Of a stretch of DNA of 64,000 nucleotides, positions 61,001 to 64,000 are shown piece by piece. Below the pieces are notes generated by a model. That model ran no database searches. It was not told where the DNA came from and worked only from the letters and a program-made list of their open reading frames with translations. This DNA comes from Nemertoderma westbladi (lineage: Eukaryota; Animalia; Xenacoelomorpha): the NCBI GenBank assembly GCA_032718475.1, contig JAUCBJ010006956.1:117334-181333 (forward strand). Direction: 5' to 3'. Position numbers and translations under genes: made by a program. Every line of letters begins with the position of its first letter. The stretch's first letter is position 1.

Positions 61001-63665
61001 TCCAACCATGGCGGACCTGATGTCGTTCTTAAACAGAGAGGTAAGATTACAGCTAATAAAACAGTCTAGAGAGAAGACTCCGGAAACCAAAGTAAGTGAA
61101 AAACCCGTTACTAGGAGAAAGATAACACCAGTGTAGTGTGTTATACCGATTATAAGAGTCAAACGTCTTATGACGAAAATAGTGGCAAAGACACCGAACG
61201 ATCTTATTACACAAATAAAGGTAAGGACATAAGTAAACCCAAGGTTCGAACTAGTGGCAAGGGAGAACAGCTAAAAACTTCCCCTACGTCTCCCAAGAGA
61301 ATTCCTTATAGGAAGCCCAAAGAAAGAGCTAGCGTACAAACTACCATCAAGCTAAGGTAAGTAACATCAAACCTAACTGTGTATTGTGCGACGGGCCACA
61401 TCGTTTCAGTGGATGTGAGGAATTCTTAAAGAAAGAATTGAAAGACAGACGCAGTGTCACTTGGGATAAAAGATTATGTTACAATTGCCTCAGGAGAGGA
61501 CATCAATGGAGAACCTGTTACTCAGACGTGAGGTGTGCTAAGTGTGGAGCGAAACATAATATCCTACTGCACACCGAGTTCGATAAGGTAATTGAACCCG
61601 AACTGCATGTACAGTTCAGTGATGTGAACGACACGGACCATAGTTCGGAGATGGAAGGATTCTATACGAATGAGTTTTCTGATGAAAATGAATCTTGTTA
61701 TATGATCAACACAGCCGTATATCGAGCCCTTACTTATGAGGCAGCGACGGATGGAGAGGAACCCCAACTATCCATTCCGGATCGACAGCTTTCATGGAAG
61801 GTTTCGAAACTATCTGTCGGCATCAGAGAGTTCCCAGTGGTGCAACTTAGAGTACATGGACAAGGTGAGAGCCTAATAATAAATGCCCTCCTAGATTCCA
61901 GTAGTATAGGCACCTTCATCGATAAGGATCTGGCCAAAGATATCTTTGCTGGTCAACAAAGGTTTCAAACCAAACTGAACCTTTCAGGGATTATGCAGGT
62001 TTGGAAATCTACTGTATCCACGGATTTCTACATAGGATCGTTGTCCACTCCCCAAGATGAACTAGTCGAGGACAGTGTAAGGTCAGTTAAAATGGTGGCA
62101 ATAAAGAACTTTGCTACTAGCCAAGTAGAGCCTTACAACTGGGATGAAGACCACTTTCCCAGCAATACAACGTTGCTAGATTCAGAACAGATTACCCAGG
62201 GGTACAGATACTGCTTGGTCAGAACGCGCACGAAGCGCTCGAAACTATTGAGAAATGGCCTGCTCGACCGCTACCATTGCAAACTTATGCGGGAAGAACA
62301 AGAGTAGGTTGGTATTTCATAGGACCTTCCCACAGGACTTTGCAAGAGAGGTTGGAAAGTGAGCAAGTCCACCAGGTAAGAGAGTGTGAGGAAACCATGA
62401 AAGACGAGGACATCCTAGCTGAGGAAACTTCATGCTCCTCAGACAACGACGATATCCAGACCCTATATGATGAGGATAACACCATTGAACTCCTCACAGA
62501 GAATCAAACGTGGACAAATCAAGTAAATTTGTGTAATCTCATATGTCAGAATAACAAACTATCGACTTACGATGATGAACTTAATGAGGTGGTAGAGCGA
62601 TATAATGATAAGATACGAGATCAACACGCAGTGCGATTCTATACTCAAGAAGCTGTAGAGCCTAATTCCTACAATAAAGCGTTATCAGTCGAGGAAGAGA
62701 GAGCTAAACAAATCCAGGTGACGACTTCTCGTTATATAAAGGAGGAGGATCGTTACGAGATTGGTCTGCCTTTTAGGCGAAGAGAACCCAGCTTCATTAA
62801 TAACCGACCTTTAGCGGTAAAGAGAATCAAACAACTGCATCGGCGCTTATCATCTAACGATCGAGCCAAAGTGATGTATAAGATGCAGCTAAAGAAATTC
62901 ATTGATAAAGGATACGCGGAGCGAGTTCCGGAGGAAACACCTATAACGGAAAGAACGCATTACTTGACACATCATTACGTTCCTAAGCCTGGTAAACCAA
63001 ACGAAGTCCGGGTAGTATTCGACGGCTCCGCCCTTTATATGGGACAATCCCTAAACTCAGAACTGTTGCCGGGACCCAACTTACTCCAATCTTTATTGGG
63101 AATATTATTACGACTACAGCAATATTCTATCGCCTTTGCCTCCGATATTGAAGGCATGTTTCTATAAGTTAAAGCTTTACCCAGGGATCAAGATAGCCTA
63201 CGATTTCTGTGGTGGCCTGAAGGAGACCTCAACCGAAAACCGGTGGAATACTGGATGACAATCCAGGCTTTCGGGATCATATCAGGCCCCTCGAACGCTT
63301 GTTCGGTAGTACGCACCACTGCCGACGATAATAGAGACGCCTTCTCTAAAGCGGTTATCGACAACATCAAATGGGATATTTATATGGATGACAACCTAAA
63401 GTCCCTCCCATCGGTGGAAGAAGCAATCGATGTTGCCAAGGGAACGGTAGAGTGCTTACAATGAGGTGGATTTCGCCTAACCAAATTCACTAGTAACTCC
63501 CGTGAGTTCCTGGAATCGATCCCAGTTTAAGACAGAGTGTTAAAGATCTAGACCTCATTAGGGACGACCTCCCCGAAACGAAGACCCTTGGACTGAAATG
63601 AGACATGGAGAGAGACATTTTATTTTTCCAACTGAAACAACTCGAAAACCCCGTTCGAACTAAAT
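58085..63665 (+). pseudogene. BEL gag-pol of copy 2, many stops and frameshifts
   Basis: ORF fragments homologous to copy 1: Ala-rich repeat, DUF1759-like, zinc knuckles, ALLDS, VRVVFDGS, GPNLLQ, YMDD. Confidence 0.93.
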
Positions 63666-63670
63666 GAAGA

Positions 63671-64000
63671 AGACCTTTAGCAGTTTAACCTGCCAAAATT
63701 TATATGTCTTTTAGTTAATTAAAACCACTTTAGCATACGACAATAATTTATGCTAATACGCAAAACATTAGCCGAAGTCAGCCCATGCGCGATCATTCAC
63801 CCGATGGATCTACACCCGGGAGACTGAATTCGGATGCTTGAATTGTATTATTACAGTGTAAGGTTGCAGTGTATACCTAATGTATTATTCGATAGATAGT
63901 TAATAATTAATCTCTGACAGGTATTATTGGCTTTCGGGAAATATTAACAGTTCCTTTAGGACGTGGCGCTTTATCTATTTAAACAGAACTAGGACTTATA
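63671..64000 (-). mobile_element. Further LTR of the same BEL family, inverted relative to copy 2 and running off the window
   Basis: AGACCTTTAGCAGTTTAACCTGCC...GTTCCTTTAGGACGTGGCGC matches 38224 onward. The terminal ~14 nt are missing. Confidence 0.88.

Larger units (their letters stand above)
55037..63665 (+). mobile_element. BEL/Pao copy 2 (5' LTR, 2-kb leader, degraded gag-pro-RT; 3'-truncated)
   Basis: LTR 55037-56074 (TGTAAAAG...GCGCGAACA). Leader and ORFs are colinear with copy 1. Ends within RT. Confidence 0.95.

Overview
Repeat-dense animal genomic DNA, not prokaryotic. A marine invertebrate or echinoderm is a guess from the repeat style only. From left to right: two overlapping intronless ORFs (C2H2 finger, then an acidic repeat protein); a near-intact two-ORF APE-type LINE (Proto2/RTEX-like, minus strand) between two purine-rich simple repeats; an 8.3-kb 29/30-bp satellite; a foldback element with ~1.2-kb arms, a tRNA-like cassette and a BEL solo LTR; two intronless host-like genes (an unknown Cys-repeat protein and an FBXO7/PI31-like protein); SINE and LINE fragments; an LTR with an embedded tRNA-like unit; and two head-to-head copies of one BEL/Pao LTR retrotransposon family separated by two palindromic MITEs. 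The strongest lead is that this BEL family has no tRNA primer-binding site. The 11-12 nt right after its 5' LTR are instead complementary to a segment inside its own LTR, with a compensatory change between the two copies, which suggests tRNA-independent self-priming. The family also carries a decayed extra ORF with tandem zinc knuckles between pol and the 3' LTR. All calls are by eye; no database searches were run.
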